From Camelus dromedarius (taxonomy: Eukaryota): a DNA stretch of 64,000 nt. The translations under genes were made by a program, and so were the position numbers. Below are positions 26,836 to 40,414 of this stretch, in pieces. The stretch is taken from the NCBI RefSeq assembly GCF_036321535.1, contig NC_087472.1, forward strand, positions 94,552,001-94,616,000. Reading direction: 5' to 3'. Position 1 is the first letter of the stretch; every line of letters begins with the position of its first letter. The notes under the pieces were generated by a model. It was not told the DNA's origin. It saw only the letters and a list, made by a program, of their open reading frames with translations, and searched no databases.

Positions 26836-27110
26836 CAGTTGGCTCTCTGTATCTGCGATTCAACAACCACTGGTTGAAAATATTTGGGGAAAAAAAATCC
26901 AGAATTTTCCATGTGTCAGCAACTATTTACATAGCATTCACACTGTAGGAAGTATTTAAGTAACCTACAGATGATTTAAAGTATATGGGAGAATGTGCAT
27001 AGGTTGTATGCAATAAACTGTGTCATTTTATATAAGGGACTTGGCCATCTGCAGATTTTGGTATCGGTGAGCATCCTGAAATCAATCCCCCATAGAACCA
27101 AGAGACAACA
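26836..27110 (+). mobile_element. Tigger3a/MER7-like MITE
   Basis: ta|cagttggctctctgtatctgcg...aactatttacatagcattcac...gatgatttaaagtatatggga...ttttatataagggacttg...gattttggtatc. Confidence 0.85.
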
Positions 27111-27609
27111 ATATTTAAAAAGAAGGAGGAGGCAGAGGAATCCATTGAAAATCTAAGTCACAGAGATGAGGAAAACTTCAGACACTGTGGTCTTTGAAAT
27201 TTGTGGAAGAGCACATCCCAGAATAAGTGAAACTAAGCATTGTTTTATGGCAAAGGAGAAGTCTTGTAAAAGTAAGAAATGGTCTTTGGATTTGAAAGTT
27301 GGTACTCCATTGCTGACCTTATTTTGGTTCTGAGGATTTTTGTCAGCATCCAAAATACTTTATTAATTCAGTATTAGTAATATCTTCAACACTCTTGTCA
27401 ACTTCAGTCAATATGTCTTGCTCTCAGTTGCTGTAATTGTAGCTAGAATTTGAAAACAGAGTTTCTGATAATCTCTCTTAATTACTTGATTTGGGGTGTA
27501 CAGCATGCAAGAATTCAACATTATTCCTGTGACTCAGCAGTTTGGATACTTCTTTGATTTATACAAATTGTCTGTAAACTTTGATGTCTATTTCTGTCCA
27601 AATTTGAGT

Positions 27610-28057
27610 TTTTATTTTAATTGAGGCTTAGTTGATTTACAATTTTGTGTTAGTTTCAGGTGTACAGCAAAGTGATTCAGTTATATTTATGTATTTTCAG
27701 ATTCTTTTACATTAAAGGTTGTTACAAGATATTGAAAATAGTTCTCTATGCTATACAGTAGGTTCTTGTTGTTTATCTATTTTACGTACACATTACTATA
27801 TGTGTGTATTTGTTAATCCCAAACTCCGAATTTACCCTTCCTCCTTTTCCCCTTTAATAACTCTAAGTTTGTTTTCTAATTCTGTTTTGTGAATAAGTTC
27901 ATTTGTGTCATTTTTTAAGATTCCACATATAAGCGATAGCATATGGTATTTGTCTTTCTCTGTCTGACTTACTTCACTTAGTATGATCATCTCTGGGTCA
28001 ATGTATGTTGCTACAAATGTCATTATTTCATCCTTTCTTATGGCTGAGTAATATTCC

Positions 28058-28090
<33 letters not shown>

Positions 28091-28345
28091 ACACATATCA
28101 TATCTTCTTTATACATTCATCTGTTGATGGACATTTAGGTTCCTTCCATGTCTTGGTTATTGTAAATAGTGCCACTATGCCCATTGGGGTGCACGTGTCT
28201 TTTCAGATTATAGTTTTCATCTTTTCCAGATATATGCCCAGGGATGGGACTGCTGGATCATATGGTAACTCTACTTTTAGTTTTTTAAGGAACCTCCATT
28301 CTGCTTTCCATAGTGGCTGCACCAATTTACATTCCCACCAACAGG
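27610..28345 (-). mobile_element. 5'-truncated L1 3' end with internal (GT)14
   Basis: ORF 27832-28116 contains [15 protein letters not shown]...IILSEVSQTEKDKYHM; typical 3' terminus gttgatttacaattttgtgttagtttcaggtgtacagcaaagtgattcag. Confidence 0.92.
28061..28088. repeat. (GT)14 microsatellite inside L1
   Basis: Directly visible. Confidence 0.95.
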
Positions 28346-28429
28346 AGGGTTCCCCAAATTTGTGTTGTTGCTGGCTGTCTCTTATCCCTGATTAGCTACC
28401 CCAATAGTCTGAATTTTTTTCTGGGCAGG

Positions 28430-28700
28430 GATCTTAGATCAGGTTAAATCAGAAACAAATCTTGAGGTAAGAATTATTGTTCAAATAATTTATTAAGAAA
28501 GCATGCTCAGGGGGGAAATGTAAGGTAGAAAGGAAAGCAGGACAAGGAACAGGAGGGGAAATAAAAGAAGGGTTCAATCTCAGGTGAAGTCCTACAGAGT
28601 ATTTCCTAAGTCTTACCTCATGGAGGACTCTGGCTGGTGGAAGGGAAAGTACATAGAACTGGGGGGCACCAGAATGGACAAAGGGATCCAAAGGGTGTAG
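28430..28700 (-). mobile_element. LTR16/LTR33-like ERVL LTR fragment
   Basis: cagaaacaaatcttgaggtaagaatt...ataatttattaagaa...aaggaaagcaggacaaggaacagg. Confidence 0.5.
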
Positions 28701-28744
28701 GTCAAAGACCAACATTGCCCTTATATGAAGGATCTCATCTTACT

Positions 28745-28984
28745 TATTTTTTAAATTATTTTTTTAATGAAGTATAGTCAGTTACAATATGTCGATTTCT
28801 GGTGTACATCACAATGTTCAGTCATACATACATATGCATATATTTGTTTTCATATTCTTTTTCATTGAAAGTTACTGCAAGATATTGAATATAGTTCCCT
28901 GTGCCATACAGAAGAAATTTGTTCTTTTATCTGTTTTTAAATATAATGGTTAACATCTGCAAATCTCAAACTCTCAAATTTATC
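28745..28984 (-). mobile_element. Short lineage-specific L1 3'-end fragment
   Basis: gaagtatagtcagttacaatatgtcgatttctggtgtaca...gatattgaatatagttccctgtgccatacag; similar to 44378-44542. Confidence 0.85.
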
Positions 28985-30559
28985 ACCTTATTTTTACACC
29001 TCTAGTGCACAATTCAGATCCCATCCTAAAGACCCCTAAACCCAACAATATCAATGCTGTCCCTGCTGGATGTCACCCAGTGTGATGACCCTCTTCTGTA
29101 TCTTGTAATTCCAAAGTGCCATTCTGTATTTCAACGTGAGCCCTTTTTTCCCCCCATCACCTGCTGTTGCTAAGGCTCTGATTCTCTCTGGAACTGTAGC
29201 CAACCTCCTACTACCTGTCCAAAGTATTCTTTGGGCTTCCTTTCCTTTAAGAATGTAAGTCTCTACTGGCCGTATGGAGTCTGTACCTCTTGACTGCTAT
29301 TGAGACCCAAAGAGGTGTCTACCCCATCAAAGCCACTGACACCAATGTCTGTTTCTGCCAGGCCTGTTACACTCTTCTATAGCCAGGTGAAAGTTAGTCC
29401 ACTCCAATTAAATTTATGGGCTTTTGTAATTATTCCTGAGTACCTACTGTGTGCCTGCAAAGTTACTGCATTAGAAGATGAATGAGATAGTCCTAATCCA
29501 CAAGCTTGCAGTCTAGTGTCACACTGATAAATGGATTTATTCAATTAATAATCATGTAATAATTGTATATATGTATATACATGCATACATATATACAATG
29601 TGGCTTGGGAATGTGGCAGAGTGAGAACTTAATTCTTAAGTAAATAAATAAACAGTATGGATAGTTTTAAAGGAGATTAGTAATTTCCCTAGGGCTTGAG
29701 AATGAGTATGTTGGGAAAAACATTTGCTGGAAATGAGATAGTTTGTCCAAAAGCACAAAGGCAACAAAAAGTCCTACAGAGGACTGAAATCACTTTATTA
29801 TGACTAGAAGATTCTTTGGCTATAATTAGATCTCCTCCAAGGCACTCTTCCTCTTGAAACTGAAGTGTAGGCCCCTCCTTTTTTCACAGTCCACACCACT
29901 CTCTTTGATGTCACTTCCCCACCATTATTATGCCATCTTCTCAGAACAGGTCTTACTCCTTGTTAACACCTACTAAGCACCTCACCATCCACTCACAGCA
30001 AGATTTTGACCTTGGATCACAACTTCCTTCTTATCCCCTGGGTCTGGAATCATTGTGGGAAGCTTAAAGTTCTTGTGTTTATCCACCCAGCATACCGGCC
30101 TCTCAGCTATTGACTGATATCAAGAATCAATCTTTCTTTCTTCCTTCCTTTCTTCCTTACCCTACTTTTAAAAGAGCTCTTATTCTTAGTTTCAAGAACA
30201 ACTCCCCCAAGTGTGGGAATCTTACTTCTCAGGCTGTAGCAGAGATACCAGTCTGTTTTCTTTCATTGCCCTCAGTTTTTACTCAGGAAATTTATTCAGA
30301 CTAGAATGGCTTCAATTTTGGCATCAGGTCACATGACCCTACCCTTTTCGATTATAGCTTTTTTTTTTAATGAGGAGAAACTAACTCAAAGCCAAGTAAT
30401 CCACTGGCAGCCAGGAGGCAATCAGAATCTCTGATTAAGGGACAGTCATTGTAGCTGAGAGACATTGAACACTCAAACTGAAAGTTCTGGTAAAGTAAGA
30501 TCCAGAATCAGTATATGGCAAGCCAGAAAATGTGCACATGTCAACATTATGAAGGAACA

Positions 30560-30831
30560 AACATTAAAAGCTTTTCAGGCGGGAGCAGTCTTCAGAGAGG
30601 ACAGTAGAACATATGTAATAAAGAAATATGGTTGGAAAAATATGGTCAGAAAGAGAGAGAAATTGAGAGAATACATCTTTGATGATTTTCAATTCCCCTT
30701 GAGGCTCTGTTATAGTTTCTGCAATTTTCTGTTCAGTGAGATTCTCCTATATTTTTATAACAAACTCTTTGTTTACTTGAACTGCTTGACTGTATTCTGC
30801 ATTTTCCTCAAAATGATCTCTGACTAACACA
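30560..30831 (+). mobile_element. Possible old ERVL/MaLR LTR 3' remnant
   Basis: Ends ataacaaactctttgtttacttgaactgcttgact...ctgactaacaca, an LTR-type terminus. Confidence 0.35.
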
Positions 30832-31259
30832 GGCACTGACTCTGTTTCTAGCACTATGCCCAGGCTTGTGAAATATACATGTAAGTGATCCAGAGGCTTC
30901 CCCATTCCCATTTATGCCAGAGGGAAAAGTAATCAAAATCATTTGTGGAATTTCAGCCTTGCAACTCCTGAAAAAATGTATTTTTTCTTGTTCAGTCTTA
31001 AAACTAAGGAGTATTATTTATCATTTTGATTGTTTAGAGAGTAAAACTGTCATCTTCCAGAAGGTTAAATCTTTTTCTAGTCATATAATGACTTCGTGTT
31101 TTACAAGGATGTCTGATATATGAGTGCTAAATTATACTAATAATACAGTTTTCAGGTTTATATATAAAAATAATTTAATGGCTAAACACTTTCCTGTTTT
31201 ATTTCAGAGCAGGAAATAACATTTACATAAAAATATATCAAATGTTTGATATTGTAGAA

Positions 31260-31467
31260 CAGGGATCGGTAAACTGTGGACCAGATCTAGTCTCCTGCCT
31301 TTTTTCAGTAAAGTTTTATTGCACCTACATCCACACACACTCTGTGTATTGCCGATGGCTGCTTCCCTGCTGCAATGGCAGAGTTACGTAGTTGCAACAG
31401 AGACCCTATGCCCTGCTGAACCTAAAATATTTCCTACTTAGTCCAAAAAACAATTCAGTTATCCCTG
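31260..31467 (-). mobile_element. MER58A hAT-Charlie MITE
   Basis: caggga...tccctg termini; gtaaagttttattg...gatggctgcttccctgctgcaatggcagagtt; 8-bp TSD ttgtagaa/ttgtagac. Confidence 0.88.
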
Positions 31468-32359
31468 TTGTAGACCTAGAGGACACAGTATTTACCAACT
31501 TAACAACCTAAACACCAGATAGGAATCTTAAGTGGGACTTAAATTTCTACGTGTTTTCTGGGTTATGAATTTACAAAATGCTCAACCTTCTTCTAGGGAA
31601 TACGTGGTGTAATTTATTTATTTTTTTCTGCACAGAATCACGATAAACAGGGAAGGATTGTTTGGTGATTTTAAATACAAAGCCTCTTTAATAAAATGAT
31701 AAGAAACAGATGTTATTTTATTATCTAGAATGAATAAAGTTAAAACAAAGAAATCAGTTCAAAGAAATAGAATTCATTAGGGAAAGTAAGAAACAAGAAA
31801 AAATGGGATTGTATTTTAAAGTATAGGGTGGCTTCAAAGAAGTTAAGTAGGCAGAAAAAATCGCAATGATCTAAAATTCAGATGGAAGTATCTGTTGAAT
31901 GGAAAGTAGGCTAGGCCATTATAAAGGAGAACAAAGTTATTTCACAATTAAAATTAAGGTCAACTTGTTTAAAAATACAACATTGTGAAACTAAAGAAAC
32001 AAACTAAACTAGGAACTTTATATTTCTCAAGTCACAAATAGTATCAGAAAATATCCATTGAAGAAAACGTGCATTAACATGATATTCTGTAAAGCACGCC
32101 ATCATAAGCTCAGCAGTTCTCTCAGCATGACGTATTACGTGTTCTACTGCTTGTTCTCTTTGCTTCCAGACTCTCTTCTCCGGCATACAGACTATCTGTT
32201 TGCCATTTCTCTTTCACATCACTCTCCGTAATCAAAACCTCCAGTGATTTCCCATGAACCATGATATTTTAGAGCTGAAAGCATCAAGTGACATCAAGTC
32301 CACTAACACACGAGGGCGATGAGAAACGTAAGGTGACATAGTTTTCCTATGTGGGGTAT

Positions 32360-34210
32360 CTGCCACTAGTCTTACAGGGATTCTCTTGTATATAACACGT
32401 TGGTTTTCTCTTGATGCTTTTAATATTCTCTCCTTGTCTTATTTGGAACTTTCTGAGATTCCTGGATCTGGATGTCTGTTTCCTTCCTCAGGTTTAAGAA
32501 TTTTTCAGCCATTACTTCTTGGAATAAGATTTCTGCTCCTTTGTCTCTCTTTTCTTCTGGGAGCCCTATGATGCAAATCTTAGTTCATTTGCTGTTATTC
32601 CATGAGTCCCTTAAGCCAGATTCACTTTTTTAAATTCTTTTTTCTTTTCACTATTCTGATTGGTTGAGTTCCACGGCCTTGTCTTTGAGTTGGCTGATTT
32701 CTTCTTCTGCTTCATCTGTTGCACAGTTGACCTCCTCTAGTGTATTTTTCAGTTCAGGTATCATATCCTTCAACTCTGCGACTTCTGTTTTGTACTTTCT
32801 TATATTTTCCATCTCTTTGTTGAAGTTTCTCACTTTGTTCATTCTTCTCCCAGTTTGGTAAGCAACTTTATAACTTTTACTTCTCTCCATTTTGTTATGG
32901 CTTTTTTTCTGAGATTTTATCTTATCTTTTCATTAGGAACATATTCTTCTGTTTCCTCATTTCGTTTGACTCTCTGTGTTGGTTTCTATATAGTATCTGA
33001 AACAACCACCCCTCCAAGTCTTGAAGGAGTGACCTCATGGAAGAGGTGAACCTTGTCATTCAAACCCCCCTGGCCCCCTCCTGATTGTCTCTCAAACCGT
33101 TCTGCTCATCCTAGCAGCCAGTTGTAGTTTGAATTGTTCCCAGTAGCTGAAGATGTGTCAGAATCTGTCCGTATCCCAGAAGGGAGGAGCTTGACACCTA
33201 GATTCAGGCTGACTAGCAGCCAGACCCCTAGCTATCAGCTTTTAAAGCTGTGCCAATGTATGTGGTCCTGTGGTACCGCGAGCATAAGCCCCGCTTGCTA
33301 CCAGAGCCGTGCGATCCGGAGGTGTCCCCTGAGCAGCAGTCAGAGAAATCAAGGCTCCAGATGCGTGTATAAGTTTTTTTCTGGGTGATACTGGCAAACT
33401 GGAGCTGGGCAGAGGGAGAGGGCCGAGAAAGTGCCCACAGCCTAGGTTCTATAAGAGCAGCTGTGTAGGCCACGAAATGTGGGCCAAACCTGAAGCCTGC
33501 CCTCAGGCTGAAGTTCCAGGACAAGCAAATTTCTTCACAGAAAGTTTGGAAATATGCCCCAGTCCACTGTCTGTGCAGTGCCCTGGGGGTCGTAGCTGTT
33601 TAAAAGCTCTTTCCCCCTTGGGTGTGGTCCTGTGGGACCCTTGAACATAAGCCACCAGAGCTAGGTGACGTAGACGTATCCTTTAGCAGCAGTCACAAAA
33701 ATGAGGGCACCAGACGGGGGTATGAGCTCATTTCTGGGTGACACCAATGCGTCCCATGGGGCCAGGAATTGAAGCTCCCAGCCTCCAGAGCCAGGCGATC
33801 AAGAGGCATCCTCTGGTGGCAGCACAAAAATGGAGGCAACAGGCACAAACTAAGGCTCCCCTTTAGCAGATCCTAGTGTTTCGGAGCATGGCAAAGGGAC
33901 AGCGTGAAGATGCGCCCTGCCAGTCTCTGTCCCCACAGAGTGTTCCAGCGGGCTCCTGGATGTGTGGGTTAAATCAGATGCCTGCCCCTCAGGCAATGCT
34001 TTAATGTAATCAGGTGAGCCTCCTTCACTTTAAGTCTGGGCACCATCAGCTGCCCTGGGTGAGTCCAAGTACACATGTCCATTAAAAGCGGCTTCTCAGG
34101 TTGCTGCAGACTTGTGGGTCTCAGGATGTGAGCCCTGTTGGTTTTCAAAGTCAGATGCTTTGGGGACCGATCTCTTAAGTGTACATTGGTTGTTGCCAGA
34201 GTTGGGGAGG
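32360..34210 (-). mobile_element. Old L1 5' part: 5'UTR plus ORF1 N-terminal half
   Basis: ORF 32651-32890 reads NFNKEMENIRKYKTEVAELKDMIPELKNTLEE...DEAEEEISQLKD (ORF1p coiled coil). A GC-richer 5'UTR with internal repeats lies upstream. Confidence 0.85.
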
Positions 34211-35179
34211 ATGAGGTCAGGAGTGTGGGGGATGGCACAGGAGGTGGGGCAAGGTGGGGTGGAGTAAGGATGGCGGGTGGGAAAAAATAGTCTTCTCATT
34301 GAGATTCCCCATGTGGTTGCTACTGTAGTGGATCCTCACCACACCACCCTAGCCATCACCATGGTGAAGCTCAGCAAAGTTATCTTTTTTGTAAAGCAAA
34401 TGAAATTAGATGCATCCATCAAAATAAATAAAATCTATCTAATTTTACTGATGTGTAAGGATTTCCCAAGAAATACTGATTTTTTTAAAAAAAATCTAGT
34501 CAAAGAAGGATTTAATAAGATCTGTTTTGTGCAATATATATTGAGGCTTTAAGAGGAAAATATATAAGATAAAATTTCAAGAAAAGAAGTATTTCGCTTT
34601 GGACAGGAAGGGTAAAGTGGAAATCTTAGAGGGTGAAGAAAGGATACAAATCACAGATGAAAAGGTAGCATTACCGAATTTACATAAGACAATATGAAGA
34701 AATCTCAGCGCATATATTGTGATGGATGCAAAGAAAAGATCACTCTGTCCAAGCTCTAGAGGAAATGTGGAAGGTGGAGATGCCTGTTAATGTCAGGTGA
34801 GGGGAACTTAAAAAAAGAGGAGTCCAAATATGTAATCAACTTTTTTTCTCTAAGCTTAACCTACCTCCTGGGCTGTGACTGTGTTCTCATGAACTGGGAA
34901 ACTGAGATTATAATCAACATGGTAGCAAGTAGCTAATTCTAATAAGGACCAGCCATGGCAGATAATGGGATTATTTGGTAATATCGGTTGTATAAAAAAT
35001 GATTAATTTCTCTCTCCTTGCCTTTATGTAATCGCCATCCAGTGAATTCAGATACTTTCCTTTTTACTTGCGGAGCAAAAATGGCTACTTAGTTGTTTAG
35101 TGACATTTCAAACTAGGTAAAGACAAATTGTTAAAATACCCAAACACTTTGAAGACTTAGGAACATAGCACCTTAGCAC

Positions 35180-35368
35180 AGTACTAGTCAACGTGTTGAC
35201 CTTGGATCAGCACATCCGCATCTGGGAACATTATAGAAAAGCAAATTCTCTGGCCCTCCATGAGGCCTACTGGATCAGGAACTCTGGGGTTGGATCCCAG
35301 CAATTTGTGTTTTAATTGGCCTTCCAAATGATTCTGTTGCTGGCTGTAGTTTGAATAATGCAGCTTTA
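35180..35368 (+). mobile_element. MER5A hAT-Charlie MITE
   Basis: gcaaattctctggccctcc...cctactggatcaggaactctggggttggatcccagcaatttgtgttttaa. Confidence 0.85.
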
Positions 35369-35949
35369 ATCCATAAGAATCCAAACGATGGGCAAAGGAC
35401 AGGAAAAGGAACAAGTGAAGACATGGATCTTGTCTTCCTGAAGTACCTGAGGTTTTGTAACTCAGATGTAGGCGGAACATCCCTTAGATGCTAGTCAGAT
35501 TTGAGAAATGCCAATTTTCATTTCTTCCCTGATTGAGCTGAGTGCTGGGGGAGCTAATTCATTGTGAAAGAGACTGATCTCTCCTGTTACCGCTGCTGTA
35601 GCGCAGAATAAGGAGTTTCATGGTCCTACCTTCAAACACACAACTTCCTGAGAAGCTGACAATTAATGAGCGCTGGGCTCGAGAACTTTTTACCTTACTA
35701 ATGCACAAAGCCATTTCACACCATCTGGCTACAGGCCAAATTACCTCAACATCAGAAGCTGAGTCTTGGGTGGACACATTCAGATTGAGTATGTTGGCAG
35801 TGCTCTGTGATGAATGGGCCATGAGGTGAGCCTGAAATATGCCTTATTCAATCCATTGTTATTAATGAATCCATTTCCATGATTATGACATCCACCTGCA
35901 AATGCTAAACATCAGAGCAGTTTTTTTTTTCCTTTGTAATAAAATGTAA

Positions 35950-38082
35950 TGTGGATACAGCCACTTTGGAAGATAGTTTGGCAATTTCTTGCAAAGCTGA
36001 AAATAGTCTTACCCTATCATCCAGAAGCAGGCTCATAGGTATTTCCCTGATTTGAAAACTTATGTCCATGCAAACACCTGTACTTCAATGTTTATAGCAG
36101 CTTTATTCATAATCGCCAAAAAGTTGAAGCAACCAAGATGTCCTTCAAACAAAGAAGAGATAAATGAAATGTGGTCCATCTCTATAGTAGAATACTATTT
36201 AGTGATAAAATGACATGAGGTAGCAATACAAGCAAAGATATGGCTGAATCATGAAGGCATATTATTAAGTAGAAAAAAGATAGTTGCAAAAGCTATATAC
36301 TGTATGAGTTCATTGCTGTTACACTCTGGAAAATGCAAAGCTGTAGAGATGGTGAACAGTATAGCACTTGCCCCCCAGAGTCTGGGAAGGGAAGAGAGTT
36401 GAAGAGGTGAACACGAGGGATGTTTTAGGATGGTGAAACTAGTCTGTGTAATACGTAGTGGTGGACCCATGAGACTGCGCCTTTGATGAATCCCATAGAA
36501 TTTTATAGCACAAAGAGTGAACCTTAATGTACAGAAATTTGAAAAAAATCACTTAAGAGGTCAGGGGACACCCAGAAAAAAATGCATACTGTGACAAAAG
36601 AATCTGTATTACTATTACTAATACATGAGATAATCTCATTGAAGAAGTTGGGGAGTGGGAGATGCCAACCTGAGTAGCTTTGGAAATGAGTGATGACTGT
36701 TAAGACTAAAGGCAAAAGGAACTGAATATTGGCACTTTATGATAGTTAATAAAGTTGTTTCCCCTGGGGTAAGGGTTAACATTTCTAAACTGCTCTACAT
36801 GTCTAGTAGAATTGAACAGTTAGGTAAATGGATGGTGGACTGGGGCACCCTGATTTTTCACTGTTGGAGATCTTGGGTACATATAAGCAAGTTGGAAAGG
36901 CTAGAATAACCCATTTGATACTAGATTAGAGTTGGAGACGTTAGTGTGAACTCAGATTTACCGTACATACAAATGGATATATATAGAAATATTTATAAAT
37001 ATGGATATATCTGTGTTTTAGTGCACACACGTATTTTCTTGCTTTGTCAGCTGAGAGGGCCTAGAAATAATAGCTCTTCTGGAGCAATGAACACACTCAG
37101 TGCCCAAATCTTGATTTCTAATATCATCCCCCAAGAAAAGGAATGAGGGATCCTTGGAGAAATGGCTGATTTTAGGAATGGGGCAGGAACAATAATGGAT
37201 GAACCTGGAGCATCTTGTAGTGCCATAAAATAAGGAAATGAAGAAAACAAAAAAACAGAAACCACAACATCGCAGTTATGGCAGAGTAATATAGGGGCCA
37301 ACCGAAAGAGCTCCCCACAAAATAAACGATGTAGTATTGCATTGTAACTCAAAGTATTAAAAAATCCACGAGACCATACTGAAATAAATGACTGCATGAA
37401 TAAATTCATGGGAGAGAATAGACAAATATCCCGTGTAGAAAAATTCAAATGATTTTTATAGATTTTTCCCTCTCAAGGAGGTGGCACGTAACTATAGACC
37501 CCTTAAGTATGGGCTGTGCATACTGACTTCCTTCCAAAATTTACAGTTGGGGGGGCGGGGGGAGTGACTTTATAATGGAGACACTTGATAAACACTACCT
37601 CAGCCAGGTAGTCAAGGTTAACATCAGCAATGATAAGGCATGATGATAACATGACCCCTTGATACGATATAATGAGAATGGTAATTTCCCTCTGTGGTCT
37701 TCCTCCCACAAACCATAACTCCAGTCTAATCATGAGAAACACAGCAGGCAAAACGAAGTTGAGGGATATTCTGCAAAATGCCTGATCGGTTCTGTGCAAA
37801 ACTGCTAAGCTCATCCAAAACAAGAAAGTCTGAGAAACTAGCGAAAGCTGAAAGAGCCCCAGGACACGTGAGGATTAAATGTAGTACGAATGGGATCCTG
37901 GAACATAGAAAGGACATTAGGTAAAAACTAAGGGAATTTGAGTAAATATGAACTTCAGTTAATAAGAGTGAAGTTAATAACAGGGGGAACTAGGTGTGGA
38001 GTGTATGACAACTCTCTGTACTGTCATGCAACTTTTCTGAAAATCTAAAATTATTCTAAACTAACAAAATTTATTAAAAAAT
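35950..38082 (+). mobile_element. L1MC/L1MD-type ancient L1 3' end with long 3'UTR
   Basis: acagccactttggaagatagtttggc; gtttatagcagctttattcataatcgcc; gtcagctgagagggcctaga; ccttggagaaatggctgatt; ends aaatctaaaattattctaaa. Confidence 0.88.
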
Positions 38083-38714
38083 ACAGTGTGACTCTCTCAT
38101 GTAGTTGGACTCAATGGAACATGTCTGATCATTCTTGCCTTGTGTGGAATGGGTTCCATTTGGGAAATGTTCTATGTATCAAGGTGGTGATCATAGCTCT
38201 GGCACATGTTTTGCAAGTATGATAGGCATGTATTGTATGAACTACTTTTGTGATTAAAATATAAATTTAAATAACTCAGTGGGCTGATGAGGAAGGTGGG
38301 AAATCCTTTCTCCCCTCTCCTGTCGGAATTCCTCCCCCAACTCAGTGATTGCTGTGCCATTTTCAGATAATTTGGACATATAGGAGCTTCTTTTATTCAG
38401 TCTCTTAAACAGTTACAACCAGTTTCTTGATCTCCATCATTAAATGGGCTCCCTGTATAACACTCTTCAAAATCTGTGTACAATGGAGACCATAATCTGT
38501 CTTCCCTGTTCCCTCAAAATAATTGTAGTCAAAAGCTTCTTAAAAATTCCATAGAAGGTAATCATCTTTCATTTTAAATTTGATTTCTTTTTCATTTAAA
38601 GCTCATCATCATGTGCTTTACTCCATCTTTGTATTTTCTTTTTGGAGCAAGAGTTCCTCCCAGATTTCACTGGGGATTGTCTCCCAATTTTTCTGCTAAG
38701 TCTTTGACTCAACC

Positions 38715-39585
38715 AGTCTTTTTTGAGTGCCTTCTATGTGTCAGATGTTGACTTGGGCTTTGGGATACAGTAGTGCACAAAATGGACAAGGTTCCTCTTT
38801 TCATGGAGCTAGATTTCTGACTGCTGTGAATGAGAAAGAGGGAAAGTATAGGAAAGTTAATAAACTGTATGACATCAGATGATAAATTGTATGAAGAAAA
38901 AATGAAATAAAGCAAGATAATAAAGACTGTTGAGGGTGTGTTCTTTTTTTGATAGAGGATGTTAGAGAATGTCTCCTGATAAGGATAAACTAGGGAATAT
39001 CAAGAAGGTAGTAGGACATGTGACTGTATAGAGGGGTAGTTACCAAAATCCCTGTGCCTGCAACCTCAGCATGACTTGGCAACTTGCTAGGAATGCAAAT
39101 CCTTGATTCTCACCTTAGACCTAATGAATCAGACGCTCTGGGGGTGGGGTCCAGCAGTATTTTAACAAGCCCTCCATGTGCTGCTAATGCAGCTCAAGTT
39201 TGGGAATCCATGGTCAAGGGGAAAATCTTTTTTTGTGGAAATAATAGCAAGTGCAAAGACACTGAGAGGGGAATTATTTTATTTGAGGAACAGAAAGGAG
39301 ATAAAAGGTGGCTGCAGCCAAGTGCGTGAGGGCGAGAGAGCAGTAAAAATTAGGAGGTGGGAGTAGAGAAGAGTGGGGATTAGGGAAGACAGAACAATGT
39401 GCGGTGATTTGTAGACACTGTGAGCTTGGTTTTTATTCTGAGTTGGGCAACCTATGGAGTATATTGAGCAGAGGAGTGACTTGATCTGATGGAGACTTTT
39501 AGAAGATGCCTCTGTCTAAGGTGTGGATGGGAGGCTGCGTGTGTGGCAGCATGGAAGCAGATAAGAGAGGATATTGGATTAATCC
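38715..39585 (-). mobile_element. L2 LINE 3' region interrupted by MER5A
   Basis: ttgagtgccttctatgtgtcag...tgggatacagtagtg...tcatggagctaga; ttttattctgagt...gagcagaggagtgacttgatctga. Confidence 0.7.
39037..39213 (+). mobile_element. MER5A MITE nested in L2
   Basis: cttgctaggaatgcaaat...agacctaatgaatcagacgctctgggggtggggtccagca...ttttaacaagccctcc. Confidence 0.85.
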
Positions 39586-40414
39586 AGCTCTTCTTTGGTT
39601 TAGATGGGCATCCTGACTTTGTAGCTTTGTTTGGAGGATTGAGAGACTCATGACGATTTTACTACTTATTTCCTAAATGAACATTGATTTCAAAATCAGG
39701 TCTATTAGCATGGGGTTGATCTTTTGAGGTCAAGGAACAGGCAATAAATTCTTGTCTACTCTTACTCTTAAAAATATCTGGATAAAGGCACTTGAGAAAG
39801 TTATTAAGTACAAAGTATTCTTGATATAAAGGAATATTCCTCTGGATTTTTCTGGTTAGATTTTCTATGTAAGTCTTCTATGAATTCATATCAGGTGACC
39901 CTCATGTCACATGTTGCAAATGATTGCTGGTTTCTGATTCTCTTCTGAAACCCATGGGAAAATGATGCATCCACATCTCCTTGAAGATTAATAACCATAT
40001 TCCTGCTTAAGTTCTGCTCAATGAGAGTAGGCTGAGATGGTGTCTATCCGTGTGAGATGCTTTGGCTCACCTCACCCTCTGCCTTGGTGATCATGAAAAC
40101 ACTTCAGAAGGATCCTCCTTTAGCTTGGATCCTTGAGTAAAAGCATGAAATGTATAAAGTAATTACTTAAATACTTGTGGACAATGATGCAGCATTCGTA
40201 GCAGAATTAAGATTTGAACCCAGGAACATCTAATTCTAAAGTCAGAATAATTTTCTTTATGATACGTCATTTCCCTTATTAGCAAAGACAAGCGGAATTT
40301 TATCTCCTATATAGAGTAGGGTAAAGAACATAGGGCATTGTCTCGGTTCTTCAATTAATAGCTGTACTACCTTAATAAACACAGATTCCTACTTCTGTGC
40401 TTCCTTTTACTGTA

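Larger units (their letters stand above)
25520..27310 (-). mobile_element. L2 LINE remnant interrupted by MER33 and Tigger3a
   Basis: Purine-rich L2-like tracts (ggtttgactttatcctg, gtctttggatttgaaagttggtactccattgctgacctt) on both sides of the MITEs. Confidence 0.5.
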
